DNA from: a virus
Strand: one strand, 5' to 3'
Virus record (IMG/VR): IMGVR_UViG_3300029535_000005
Span: 1 to 59,997 of that record
Length of the DNA stretch: 59,997 nucleotides
The notes below the pieces were generated by a model. The model did not search any database, was not told the DNA's origin, and saw nothing but the letters and a program-made list of their open reading frames with translations. The translations under genes and the position numbers were made by a program. The first letter of the stretch is position 1; each line of letters begins with the position of its first letter. Below, piece after piece: positions 25,057 to 33,037 of this stretch.

Positions 25057-25571
25057 GCGCCTTACGCCGCATGATTTCGTTTAAACAGTTTAAGAAACTT
25101 AGGTTTAACGAATAGTTAGAACGCAAACAGAGAATTGCACGAACAATTAGAATAATTTAAAGAAAAGGCAAACGCCGGAAGAAGCAGCCAGCAGGAGGGG
25201 GAGGGGGTTGCAAAAGCCCAGAAGGAGCTGCCTACTAAGTCACTCAAATATCCCCAAAAACAAAAAGGCCTGTCTATCGTGGAGGGACTATATAAGACCA
25301 CTTAAAATCACGGCACCAATAGAATCGGATTCTGAAATTAGCTTCCGGGATATGGTCAATAGGAAAATAGAATGATTGACCGAAGTACATTCGGAAGTTG
25401 TAGGCATAAAGTACGGGGTACAAAAGATCGCGGATATAACACATGGTATAGTGCGATAATACTTTATCGATAATCACATCAAAGACAATCAAATCAAATT
25501 CACATCAGATAAATTTCAAAAATTACACTCGATAATAAAATTCAAAAAGATTCCAAAAGGCAGCAAATAAA

Positions 25572-25718
25572 ATGTTAGAAATGTGTTTTAATTGCGATTA
25601 TTGTGAAGAGCAGAATGGAGATTACTTTTGCACAAACAATGAGAGCGAATATGTCGGAGATTATGTAGAAAAAGAGTTTTCTTGTCCGGACTGGGACGGA
25701 TCGGAGGAAGATGAATGA
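25572..25718 (+). CDS. Small Cys-rich acidic protein (48 aa)
   Basis: MLEMCFNCDYCEEQNGDYFC... The stop overlaps the next ATG. Confidence 0.45.
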   Translation: MLEMCFNCDYCEEQNGDYFCTNNESEYVGDYVEKEFSCPDWDGSEEDE

Positions 25719-26044
25719 GGGTTGTGTCACAGAAAAAAGATGCTTCATATGATTTTGACCGGACCGAATTTAGAACAAGCTATGAATGCATAAGCGCTAC
25801 TTTTGATGGAAGAACTTTTGTCATTGGGAAATATGCTACACCAGAACGAGCAGCAGAAGTATTTATGGACATGCATAAAGCATATGCGCCTGTACAGGTA
25901 GTTTGCACAAATATGGACGAGAAACAAGTTTCTGCATTAGTTGCAGCATCACAAAATGCACCGATTAGATGCGTCAAGATGGATGATCCAAGGATGGCAG
26001 TAACAGTATTTGATAACCTTGTTTACTATATGCCGGAGAAATAG
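25715..26044 (+). CDS. Hypothetical protein
   Basis: 109-aa ORF. Confidence 0.6.
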   Translation: MRVVSQKKDASYDFDRTEFRTSYECISATFDGRTFVIGKYATPERAAEVFMDMHKAYAPVQVVCTNMDEKQVSALVAASQNAPIRCVKMDDPRMAVTVFDNLVYYMPEK

Positions 26045-26055
26045 ATTGTTTGCAT

Positions 26056-26127
26056 TGCTCGTTTGCCAAATGGTAAGGCACTGGGTTTTGATCCCAGCAT
26101 TTATCGGTTCGAGTCCGGTACGGGCAG
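26056..26127 (+). tRNA. tRNA-Gln (anticodon TTG)
   Basis: Hand-folded cloverleaf: TGCTCGT/ACGGGCA acceptor, GCC..GGC D-stem, CTGGG-TTTTGAT-CCCAG anticodon arm, ATCGG-TTCGAGT-CCGGT T-arm, discriminator G. No encoded CCA. Confidence 0.85.
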
Positions 26128-26148
26128 TTTTGAAAATGGAGGTAAATC

Positions 26149-26307
26149 ATGTTGATTTTAAAAACAGTCATAACAACATTTGATGCCCTTGCGATTTTGA
26201 CGTTTTTCTTGCTTGGAAGAGATGGCAGCAACGAAAAGGACGCTGTGGCAGTCTGGGGATCACTTATTGCATTGTTTCTTATCAATATATTTGCAATGTG
26301 GAGATGA
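26149..26307 (+). CDS. Small two-TM membrane protein (52 aa)
   Basis: GGAGGT RBS 6 nt upstream of the ATG, with hydrophobic segments. Confidence 0.5.
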   Translation: MLILKTVITTFDALAILTFFLLGRDGSNEKDAVAVWGSLIALFLINIFAMWR

Positions 26308-26605
26308 TGATATGGTTTTGTATGACCCGATATTTGGTATTCGCTTCCTGCCGGAAATTTTAACTACGGTCGGAAGAATACATATAAGCAGAAAAAAACA
26401 TACGGGAGAAACCGACGTTCTGGATCTTGACAGTGACGCTGAGCACCAGTCTGAGAAGTCGGAGCATCCAGTATAGCTTAAGTCCACTGGCATTCGGTTT
26501 TTGCAAGAAAAAACTCGGCGTAAGCAATTATTCGGTGTTAGTGGACGTCGGCAAAATAAAAAGATCAAAAATACTATCATAAACGGCGCGCTATGCGCGC
26601 TGTGA

Positions 26606-26694
26606 CGGAACGTAGTTCAGAGGAAAGAACAATCTTTTTATTCTTCCATGCTCTAGTGAATTGATAGCCGCAGGTTCAAGTCCTGCCGTTCCGA
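26606..26694 (+). ncRNA. Non-canonical tRNA-like element. Acceptor, D-arm and T-arm are present, but there is no foldable anticodon arm.
   Basis: CGGAACG/CGTTCCG acceptor, GTTC-AGAGGAAA-GAAC D-arm, GCAGG-TTCAAGT-CCTGC T-arm. The 39-nt middle segment does not form a 5-bp stem with a 7-nt loop. Confidence 0.4.
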
Positions 26695-27351
26695 TTGAGA
26701 AATAGGTTTAAAGCTTATCTCGGAATACGAAAAGTTCGTATTTCTCCTTTCGCTACTAGGAAGTTTCTGTTAAGGACGGTGCGAGACCGTCCGGTGGCGT
26801 TTGCCGCGGAGTGCGGCAAGGCGGAAGACCGCTTGGTGTTGGATAATGGTTGTCCCGTAATTTGCTGACGAGCAATACAGGCGGATTCCTATTGATAGTT
26901 CGGGTGCCTATCCCACGGTGCCTGAGCTGTCAAAAATACAATTAGGCTGTGGCGGAAAAAGGTAGACGCTTAAGCATAAGACAACCACGCTTTGGTTAGG
27001 AACAAGTCATTGAATTAACAAGGCAATGAAGGAACCTGTTAAGGGTGTTACCCGTTGTGGAAAGTCGTTGTTATGTGAGGTGCAAATCCTCACCAGCCTA
27101 TTTCCCGTGATATCGCACAGGATAGTGCAACGCATGGCACGAAAAATATGATTGCTAACCGTCTGATGGCGGTTCTCGTGGATGGCAAGAAAGGTATTTG
27201 CCGGAGTAAGACGCTTCGTGAAACTGATAGTCGAAAGGTTTCAAGTGCAAGGTTCAAGTCCTTGCTCCACGATGGTGCCGAGCTGATTTGATACTGTATG
27301 CGTAGCGCGCGGTCGCGTACAGAGATATGGAGTGAGGTGTCCGCGCATTTT
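26695..27351 (+). ncRNA. Candidate large structured ncRNA region containing two further tRNA-like modules (26944-27099 and 27176-27272)
   Basis: No credible ORF on either strand. Many GC-rich hairpins: GGACGG/CCGTCC 26774-26791, TTGCCGC/GCGGCAA 26801-26819, TTGCT-GACG-AGCAA 26862-26875, CTGTATGCG/CGCGTACAG 27293-27321. T-arm-like GTGAGG-TGCAAAT-CCTCAC and GCAAGG-TTCAAGT-CCTTGC. Confidence 0.45.
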
Positions 27352-27441
27352 GGGGAAGCGGCAACGATTGGAGGTGTTGCGGCTGACTGTAAATCAGTTC
27401 CCAAGTGGTAAACAATAGAGGTTCGATTCCTCTCTTCCCTA
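27352..27441 (+). tRNA. tRNA-Tyr (anticodon GTA), class II with a long variable arm
   Basis: GGGGAAG/CTTCCCT acceptor, GCTGA-CTGTAAA-TCAGT anticodon arm, AGAGG-TTCGATT-CCTCT T-arm, discriminator A. Confidence 0.75.
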
Positions 27442-27531
27442 TTTCACTCAACTCCCTAAAAACACTGTTTGGCAGGTGCGTGGTAGACAGTTGTAATGGA
27501 TGGGTTGTTTAAGAAATCGCACCATCAAGAT

Positions 27532-27616
27532 GCAGTGTTCCCATAATGGAATTGGAGCCGGTTGCTATCCGGTCGGGCGTTTATTCGCCTTGTAGGTTCG
27601 AGTCCTACACACTGCG
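27532..27616 (+). tRNA. tRNA-Ser (anticodon GCT), class II
   Basis: GCAGTGT/ACACTGC acceptor, GCCGG-TTGCTAT-CCGGT anticodon arm, GGCG..CGCC variable stem, GTAGG-TTCGAGT-CCTAC T-arm, discriminator G. Confidence 0.75.
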
Positions 27617-27731
27617 CTAACTTACGACAGGGATGAACCTTGCCGTAAGCGGTAGAAAGTCCGTGTGAAATTGTACAAAGTGGTGGCAAAAGCAATTTCG
27701 GATATAGCAGTTCCACCACACTGCTATATTT

Positions 27732-27815
27732 GCCGTATGTCCGGGTGGTGAGGGGGGGCGGTCTTGAAAACCGTTGGCTGTAAAAGGCTTGCAGGTTCAA
27801 ATCCTGTGTACGGCG
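27732..27815 (+). tRNA. tRNA-Ser (anticodon TGA), class II
   Basis: GCCGTAT/GTACGGC acceptor, GCGGT-CTTGAAA-ACCGT anticodon arm, GCAGG-TTCAAAT-CCTGT T-arm, discriminator G. The D-arm pairing is weak. Confidence 0.65.
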
Positions 27816-27925
27816 TTTGATTGAAAAAAAATCGAGCGTTAATGTGTGACGGAAAATGAACCGGAAATGATAGAAGTAACAACTTTGGAAGATTGTGAAC
27901 CTAGGTTTATGAGGAAGTGATTGAA

Positions 27926-28141
27926 ATGTGTGAATTTTGCAAGGATTACGATAACGGCAGAATATTCGGCGCTAATATTCCCATTCAGAAGTGTGCAAAT
28001 GAAACGAATTTGACAAATGCACAGATTATGATGAATGAAGGGGACGAAGTCCCAGGAATTGTGATTTATTCAAACTACTGTATGGCGAAAGGATACTTTG
28101 ATATTGCATTTTGCCCGATGTGCGGCAGAAAGTTGGTGTAA
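27926..28141 (+). CDS. Zinc-ribbon protein (CxxC ... CPMC)
   Basis: MCEFCKDYDNG ... FCPMCGRKLV. ATG 27926 follows GAGGAAGTG. Confidence 0.65.
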   Translation: MCEFCKDYDNGRIFGANIPIQKCANETNLTNAQIMMNEGDEVPGIVIYSNYCMAKGYFDIAFCPMCGRKLV

Positions 28142-28142
28142 G

Positions 28143-28352
28143 ATGATTAAAGAAGCGTTGCTTGCCTGTTCAAATAAGGGAACTATAACGCTATCACTTG
28201 ATGGAAAAATGGTAAAGGGAGTAGTAGGCATTGATAACATATCAGGTATCTACTCAAAAGACACAGCAAAGGAAATTACAATAAGAGTAATTGCGAACGA
28301 AGTTAAAGTTAAACTGCCAAATGGAGAAATAAAGGATATATCAGAAATGTAG
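28143..28352 (+). CDS. Hypothetical small protein
   Basis: 69 aa with an ATG adjacent to the upstream stop. Confidence 0.6.
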   Translation: MIKEALLACSNKGTITLSLDGKMVKGVVGIDNISGIYSKDTAKEITIRVIANEVKVKLPNGEIKDISEM

Positions 28353-28367
28353 AAAGCTGGTGTAGAG

Positions 28368-28547
28368 GTGGATCTTGCAGAAGCAAAAGAAAAGTTTTAT
28401 CCAGAATACAAATACGCACTTGTTAGTGTCAAAAGCAACAAACCGCATTCACTTTATGTTGATAGAAAAACAGCCGAAGAAGAAAGATGTGATTTATGGA
28501 AATGTTATGGTTCTGTGTTAATTGTTATTGATTTGTCAGAGGTGTAA
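28368..28547 (+). CDS. Possible small protein (GTG start)
   Basis: 59-aa ORF that fills a gap. Weak RBS. Confidence 0.35.
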   Translation: MDLAEAKEKFYPEYKYALVSVKSNKPHSLYVDRKTAEEERCDLWKCYGSVLIVIDLSEV

Positions 28548-28549
28548 GA

Positions 28550-28714
28550 ATGAAACATCAAAAAGAATGGCGCACTTGCGACAGGTGCGGAAAAGAAATA
28601 AAAGTAGGACTATTGGCTACAAACTCAATTACGAGAAATGGCATATTGAATACAACCTACGATTTATGCAATGAGTGCATGGAAGATTTTAAGGAGTTTA
28701 TGAGAAATGAGTAA
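28550..28714 (+). CDS. Small zinc-ribbon protein (54 aa)
   Basis: CDRCGKE ... CNEC motifs. Confidence 0.5.
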   Translation: MKHQKEWRTCDRCGKEIKVGLLATNSITRNGILNTTYDLCNECMEDFKEFMRNE

Positions 28715-28883
28715 TGTAAAAGATTGTTCAACTTGCAAATATTGTGATGAGGATTTTATTTTTGACGAAGAGACAGGGGAAGAATATCCGTTTTATAAAT
28801 GCCAAAAAGGGAATGACACATCACTTGACTATGAGTGCAAAGATTTTGAAAGGTTTATGAAAAATGATTGTAAATATCAATAA
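28707..28883 (+). CDS. Small Cys-rich protein (58 aa)
   Basis: CSTCKYCDED ... YKCQ ... ECKDF. Confidence 0.45.
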   Translation: MSNVKDCSTCKYCDEDFIFDEETGEEYPFYKCQKGNDTSLDYECKDFERFMKNDCKYQ

Positions 28884-29079
28884 CAGCACATACGAGATGA
28901 ACAGCAAACAGTATAAAGCAGTCCTTGATACGGCGAGCAAAGCTGTTACCTGCGGCATATACGCTGTGGAAAAGAACAAGGTAGCAATCATGCTTCGAGA
29001 GGAATATAAAAGCAAGGAAGAACTGAAACAGGCAGTTGGTAATTATACGGCGAAAGGGTTTAAGGTGCATTGGAAATGA
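28864..29079 (+). CDS. Hypothetical protein
   Basis: 71-aa ORF. Confidence 0.55.
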   Translation: MIVNINNSTYEMNSKQYKAVLDTASKAVTCGIYAVEKNKVAIMLREEYKSKEELKQAVGNYTAKGFKVHWK

Positions 29080-29324
29080 AAAAAACACGTTCAAAAATTA
29101 TAATCAAAACTAGAAAAGGCGGTTACACAAAGATTTATGCTAACGGAAAATGGCAAAAGGGAGTGTATAATATTGATTTCCATGCTGACTGCACGCCATT
29201 GAGATATCCGTACATAAAAGTTTCATGCGAATTTGACAAAAATAAGACTGATAAAAACGGTTCGGTTATTTACGACCCGGAAAAAGAAGAAATTGCAAAA
29301 GAACACGTAGTTGCAAGAATTTAG
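29076..29324 (+). CDS. Hypothetical protein
   Basis: ATGA overlap with the upstream stop; 82 aa. Confidence 0.6.
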   Translation: MKKTRSKIIIKTRKGGYTKIYANGKWQKGVYNIDFHADCTPLRYPYIKVSCEFDKNKTDKNGSVIYDPEKEEIAKEHVVARI

Positions 29325-29508
29325 AAGGAGATTTTATGAAGAAGCTATTTGTAAGCGTGCCAATGAAACGGATTTAACAGATGCGCAGATTATGAAGAAT
29401 ACCGGCGATAAAGTGCCAGGTATCATAATTTATAAAGGATGTAAGGCAGCAGGCTACTTTGATATTGTATTTTGTCCGATGTGCGGCAGAAAGTTGGCGG
29501 AAGAATGA
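29311..29508 (+). pseudogene. Degenerate paralogue of the 27926..28141 zinc-ribbon gene. The N-terminal CxxC is lost, and the strong RBS+ATG at 29336 is out of frame.
   Basis: 29355-29497 is a diverged copy of 27991-28136 (ANETDLTDAQIM...GYFDIVFCPMCGRKL). The ATG 29336 frame stops after 13 codons. Confidence 0.45.
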
Positions 29509-29810
29509 CGTGTTATGATTGTGCTTACCTTGGATTTGATAGAAACGAAGTTGTAGGGATGGCTGAAATGTGCAACCATCCGGGAAAATGGATTCCTGGT
29601 GCTGGATTTGCTGACAGTGAACATGAATGTGAATTTTTCAAAAAGAAATCTGGAGTTTCTAAATGGGATTCATATTCCGAAGATGAAAAAGAAAAGGCCA
29701 GGGAATATTTCCAAGAATACTATGTTCAAAATCCTGTTGGCGATTTAACATGCGAACAGGCTTGGGCACAGTTCGTTGAATATTTAAAAACTACTGATTC
29801 AAATGCATGA
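29506..29810 (+). CDS. Hypothetical Cys-containing protein
   Basis: 101 aa from ATG 29506. Confidence 0.6.
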
Positions 29811-29830
29811 TTTGATAGGAGTATTGAAGA

Positions 29831-30430
29831 ATGAGCATGGCAGAAGTAATTGAATCAATAGAGCGTGAAGCACTTAGAGAAGCACAATCGCGCGAAATAG
29901 GCGGTAGAAACGGCGAGCCTATAGATTGTTCCAATTTAGAAGATGAACTTGTTATTGTGGCAAATAACGAGGCAGACAGGCAAAAACTTTATGAATGTTT
30001 TTATAAACAAGAGCCTATCGAACCTAATAATAAAAAATGCAACCTGACCTTTTGCCGATATAACACAGACAGAGAATGCACTAATGACGAAAAGAGAAAA
30101 GAATGTGTCGAAGTGGCTGAAAAGGTTTTATGCGTAGATAAGGAGAAATTTATGGATGAAATAAGAGAAGCTGACGAGAAGCAAGCAGGAAGGTGTTGTG
30201 TGAGAATGGAAATGATTATTGATTTTATAAAATCGTGGTTTTACTATCCGAAGATGAAAAAGTATTTGAAAGACAGATGTTGCATTTACTATTCGCAATC
30301 AAGGCTTAATTATGCGTTGTGGCATTGTAAATTCTCAAAGAAAATAGAAAAAGCAAAACAAAATATCGACAACAACGATATTTCAGAGTGGACTTGTCAA
30401 TATCAGCAAGAACCAATAATAAGAAAATAA
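29831..30430 (+). CDS. Hypothetical protein
   Basis: 199-aa ORF. Confidence 0.6.
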   Translation: MSMAEVIESIEREALREAQSREIGGRNGEPIDCSNLEDELVIVANNEADRQKLYECFYKQEPIEPNNKKCNLTFCRYNTDRECTNDEKRKECVEVAEKVLCVDKEKFMDEIREADEKQAGRCCVRMEMIIDFIKSWFYYPKMKKYLKDRCCIYYSQSRLNYALWHCKFSKKIEKAKQNIDNNDISEWTCQYQQEPIIRK

Positions 30431-30496
30431 AATAATATTACCGGCTAACAAATGGAGTTAGTCGCTACCCTAAAACAGTTATAGGCAGAGGTCAAG

Positions 30497-30529
30497 GCAC
30501 TTCTGCTTTTGCGGAGGTGCTTTTCTTTT
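30497..30529 (+). terminator. Strong terminator-type hairpin whose 3' arm contains the terL RBS
   Basis: GCACTTCTGC-TTTT-GCGGAGGTGC followed by TTTTCTTTT. The TTG start of terL (30528) lies in the U-tract. Confidence 0.7.
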
Positions 30530-32261
30530 GGCAAGTTCAAGCCTAATTTCCACAGTAAATGGATATGAAAATTACATACAGGTGCATGGCGTTGATGAAC
30601 AGGTAATAGATGCCATGGAAGAAGCGGCAAGGGTAGCCATTCTGACGGAAAAGGATGTTGAGTATGGATTAAAGGTTTCTGCCAGAGCGAAAGAACTGAC
30701 GGAGCAGTTTATATTTCAATCTACAGGTGGCACACCATGGGATTTAGAGAAATATTCATTCCAAAACAAGGTATCTTATGAAATTCTGGACAAATACTAC
30801 GGAATTTTGCTTTTAGAAGCGCAAAACAAAGTTGTGGATAGTGCTTTCCAGTATTTGGAGAAGAAGAGAGAGCCTAAAGAGCGGTTTTACATGCCAAGAA
30901 AAAAGAAATTCTTAAAAATCGGACTCATAGATGCGCTGCAAGGCATGATTGATGATAGATATGACATCCTGTGCGTATCACTTGTCCCGGGTGCAGGAAA
31001 AACAACGGTTGAAAAAATGTTTCACGCTCTTGTTGCCGGATGGTTTCCGAGAGATTTCAGCCTCTTTTATTCACACAGCGGTGATATTACCAGAATGTAC
31101 TATGACGGTGTGTACGATATCGTTACAAATACGGAAGAATATACATGGAATGAAATTTTCCCGGATCTTTCAGTGACAAGCACAAATGCAAAGATGGAGC
31201 AGTTTAATGTCGGGAAGTACAAATCGTTTCAATCCGTACAATGTACGTCTGTTGGTAGTAAGAATGCCGGTAAGGTTCGTGCGTCTAAGTTTCTTCTGGT
31301 AGATGATATGATTGGCGGCATTGAAGAAGCTATGAATCCGGCAATACTTGATAAATTGTGGGATAAATACGCTGTAGATGCCCGCCAGAGAAAGATACAG
31401 GACACCGACGGTAAGAACTGCAAGGAAATACATATAGCCACCAGATGGAGCGTACACGACGTTATAGGGCGCATACAGAATATGTATGAGGGAAACCCGC
31501 GGGTAAAGGTAATAGCTGTGCCGGATGTAGATCCAAAAACCGGAGAGAGCAATTTTGATTATGAATTTTCTGGGTTTACGAAAGAATTTTTTGAGGATCA
31601 GCAATTGTTGATGGATGATATTTCGTATCGTTGCCTTTACAAGCAGGAACCAATCGAACGTGAAGGGCTTTTATTCCCGGAAGATAAAATTCGCCGTTAT
31701 CTTAATTTGCCGCACGGAGAGCCGGAGATTGTTACGGGACAATGCGATACAAAGGGAAAAGGAACAGACTATTTTGTATTGCCGGTATTACAGAAATACG
31801 GAGAAGATTACTATTGCATTGATTGTGTTTGTGACAATACGGCTGATTATGAGATGCAATATGAGAATGCAGCAAATGTGTTGGCAAACAACAAAGTGCA
31901 GGAATGTGAATTTGAGAGAAACGCCGGCGGAGACCGTGTCGCAATGGAAGTAAACAAGCGTGTCGAAAAAAAAGGATGGATATGTAACATTACTGACACA
32001 CCGACGGAGACAAACAAGGAAGCAAGGATTTTCCAGTGTTCAAACTGGATATTGCAGCACGTTATATTTAAAGACCCGTCATTATATAAGCCAAATGAGC
32101 CATATGGAGTAATGATGTCTCTTATCAAGAGATATTCAGTGTCCGGTAAAAAGCAGTTGGATGATGTGCCGGATGTATTTTCAAACTTTGCGCTTAGAGT
32201 GACAAATGGAAATAATGTAGCCAAAGTAGAAGCAGCAGTAAATCCGTTTAGGAGGTATTGA
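30528..32261 (+). CDS. terL: Terminase large subunit
   Basis: Walker A LVPGAGKTT, Walker B FLLVDDM, and a C-terminal nuclease-like region. The N-terminal boundary is uncertain (TTG 30528, or a downstream GTG or ATG). Confidence 0.9.
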   Translation: MASSSLISTVNGYENYIQVHGVDEQVIDAMEEAARVAILTEKDVEYGLKVSARAKELTEQFIFQSTGGTPWDLEKYSFQNKVSYEILDKYYGILLLEAQNKVVDSAFQYLEKKREPKERFYMPRKKKFLKIGLIDALQGMIDDRYDILCVSLVPGAGKTTVEKMFHALVAGWFPRDFSLFYSHSGDITRMYYDGVYDIVTNTEEYTWNEIFPDLSVTSTNAKMEQFNVGKYKSFQSVQCTSVGSKNAGKVRASKFLLVDDMIGGIEEAMNPAILDKLWDKYAVDARQRKIQDTDGKNCKEIHIATRWSVHDVIGRIQNMYEGNPRVKVIAVPDVDPKTGESNFDYEFSGFTKEFFEDQQLLMDDISYRCLYKQEPIEREGLLFPEDKIRRYLNLPHGEPEIVTGQCDTKGKGTDYFVLPVLQKYGEDYYCIDCVCDNTADYEMQYENAANVLANNKVQECEFERNAGGDRVAMEVNKRVEKKGWICNITDTPTETNKEARIFQCSNWILQHVIFKDPSLYKPNEPYGVMMSLIKRYSVSGKKQLDDVPDVFSNFALRVTNGNNVAKVEAAVNPFRRY

Positions 32262-32262
32262 T

Positions 32263-32685
32263 ATGACAACAAAGGACTATCTAAACCAGATAAGCAGGCT
32301 TAACCGGATGATAAATAATAAGCTAATAGAGCTTGCACAACTTAAAGAGCTAGCATGCAGCATATCGTCAATTACAAATGAAGAAAGAGTAATGACAACA
32401 CCAAATTTTGACAGGATAGGCGCGAAGCAGGCAAAGATTGATGAAATGGAAAGGAAGATCGATGCACTGGTTGATGATTATATCATTAAAAGAGATCAGA
32501 TTGTCAGTCAGATAGACAGCATGGAAGATGAGAATGTCTATAATGTGTTGTTTTCAAAGTACATAGAAAAAAAGACATTTGAGGTTATTGCAACCGAAAT
32601 GAATTACTCTTGGAGACAAACAATAAGGCTTCATGGAATTGCATTAAAAAAATTTGAGCAAAAATATGGAGCAACTTATTTGTAA
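32263..32685 (+). CDS. Sigma-70 region-4-like HTH protein (possible late-gene activator)
   Basis: Coiled N-terminus and a C-terminal VLFSKYIEKKTFEVIATEMNYSWRQTIRLHGIALKKF. Confidence 0.65.
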   Translation: MTTKDYLNQISRLNRMINNKLIELAQLKELACSISSITNEERVMTTPNFDRIGAKQAKIDEMERKIDALVDDYIIKRDQIVSQIDSMEDENVYNVLFSKYIEKKTFEVIATEMNYSWRQTIRLHGIALKKFEQKYGATYL

Positions 32686-32776
32686 AATGTCATAGAATGT
32701 CATATTGAAAAAATGATATAGTTATAATCGAAGAAAACAACAAAAGTTGAATACTTCACCTCCCCCAATTTAGAAA

Positions 32777-32811
32777 AGCATCGTAGAGAAATCTCCGGTG
32801 CTTTTTCTTTT
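32777..32811 (+). terminator. Intrinsic terminator
   Basis: AGCATCG ... CGGTGCT followed by TTTTTCTTTT. Its tail resembles that of the 30497 hairpin. Confidence 0.65.
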
Positions 32812-32830
32812 GAAAAGAAAAGAGGATTTT

Positions 32831-33028
32831 ATGGGATATAAACCAAAAACAATATATTGCCCGCGGTGTGGAAGAAAAGTCGCCACGTACGATGGGCGTT
32901 CAACAATGAACATTTCTGTGGAATGTAGGAAATGCCACAAGAAAGTTGTTTTTTATCCGGAGAATGGGAAGACGGAATTAAAATCTCTTCCAATCCGGTC
33001 AACATCCAGTGGGATGACGTTTATTTAG
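32831..33028 (+). CDS. Zinc-ribbon protein
   Basis: CPRCGRK ... CRKCHKK; 65 aa. Confidence 0.6.
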   Translation: MGYKPKTIYCPRCGRKVATYDGRSTMNISVECRKCHKKVVFYPENGKTELKSLPIRSTSSGMTFI

Positions 33029-33037
33029 GAGCTAATT

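Noticed and set aside
26606-26694. Amber-suppressor tRNA (a CTCTAGT loop containing CTA) and a stop-codon-reassigned genetic code
   Set aside because: No 5-bp stem can be drawn around that loop. All long phage genes (terL, portal, tape measure, methylase and others) are uninterrupted under the standard code, and TAG is used as a genuine stop (for example at 1305, 2600 and 22499).
27176-27272. tRNA-Sec or tmRNA, suggested by the 7+6 bp acceptor/T stack, the 6-bp D-like stem and the roughly 97-nt length
   Set aside because: No TCA anticodon loop or 5-bp/7-nt anticodon arm could be folded. There is no tag reading frame and no tmRNA-size partner sequence. It is kept only as a tRNA-like module.
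27090-27800. Track ORFs on the minus strand across the RNA region (27090..27404, 27254..27451, 27525..27800), and 26260..26580
   Set aside because: They run antisense through well-folded tRNAs and hairpins, lack an RBS, and have odd composition. They are best explained as chance open frames in structured RNA genes.
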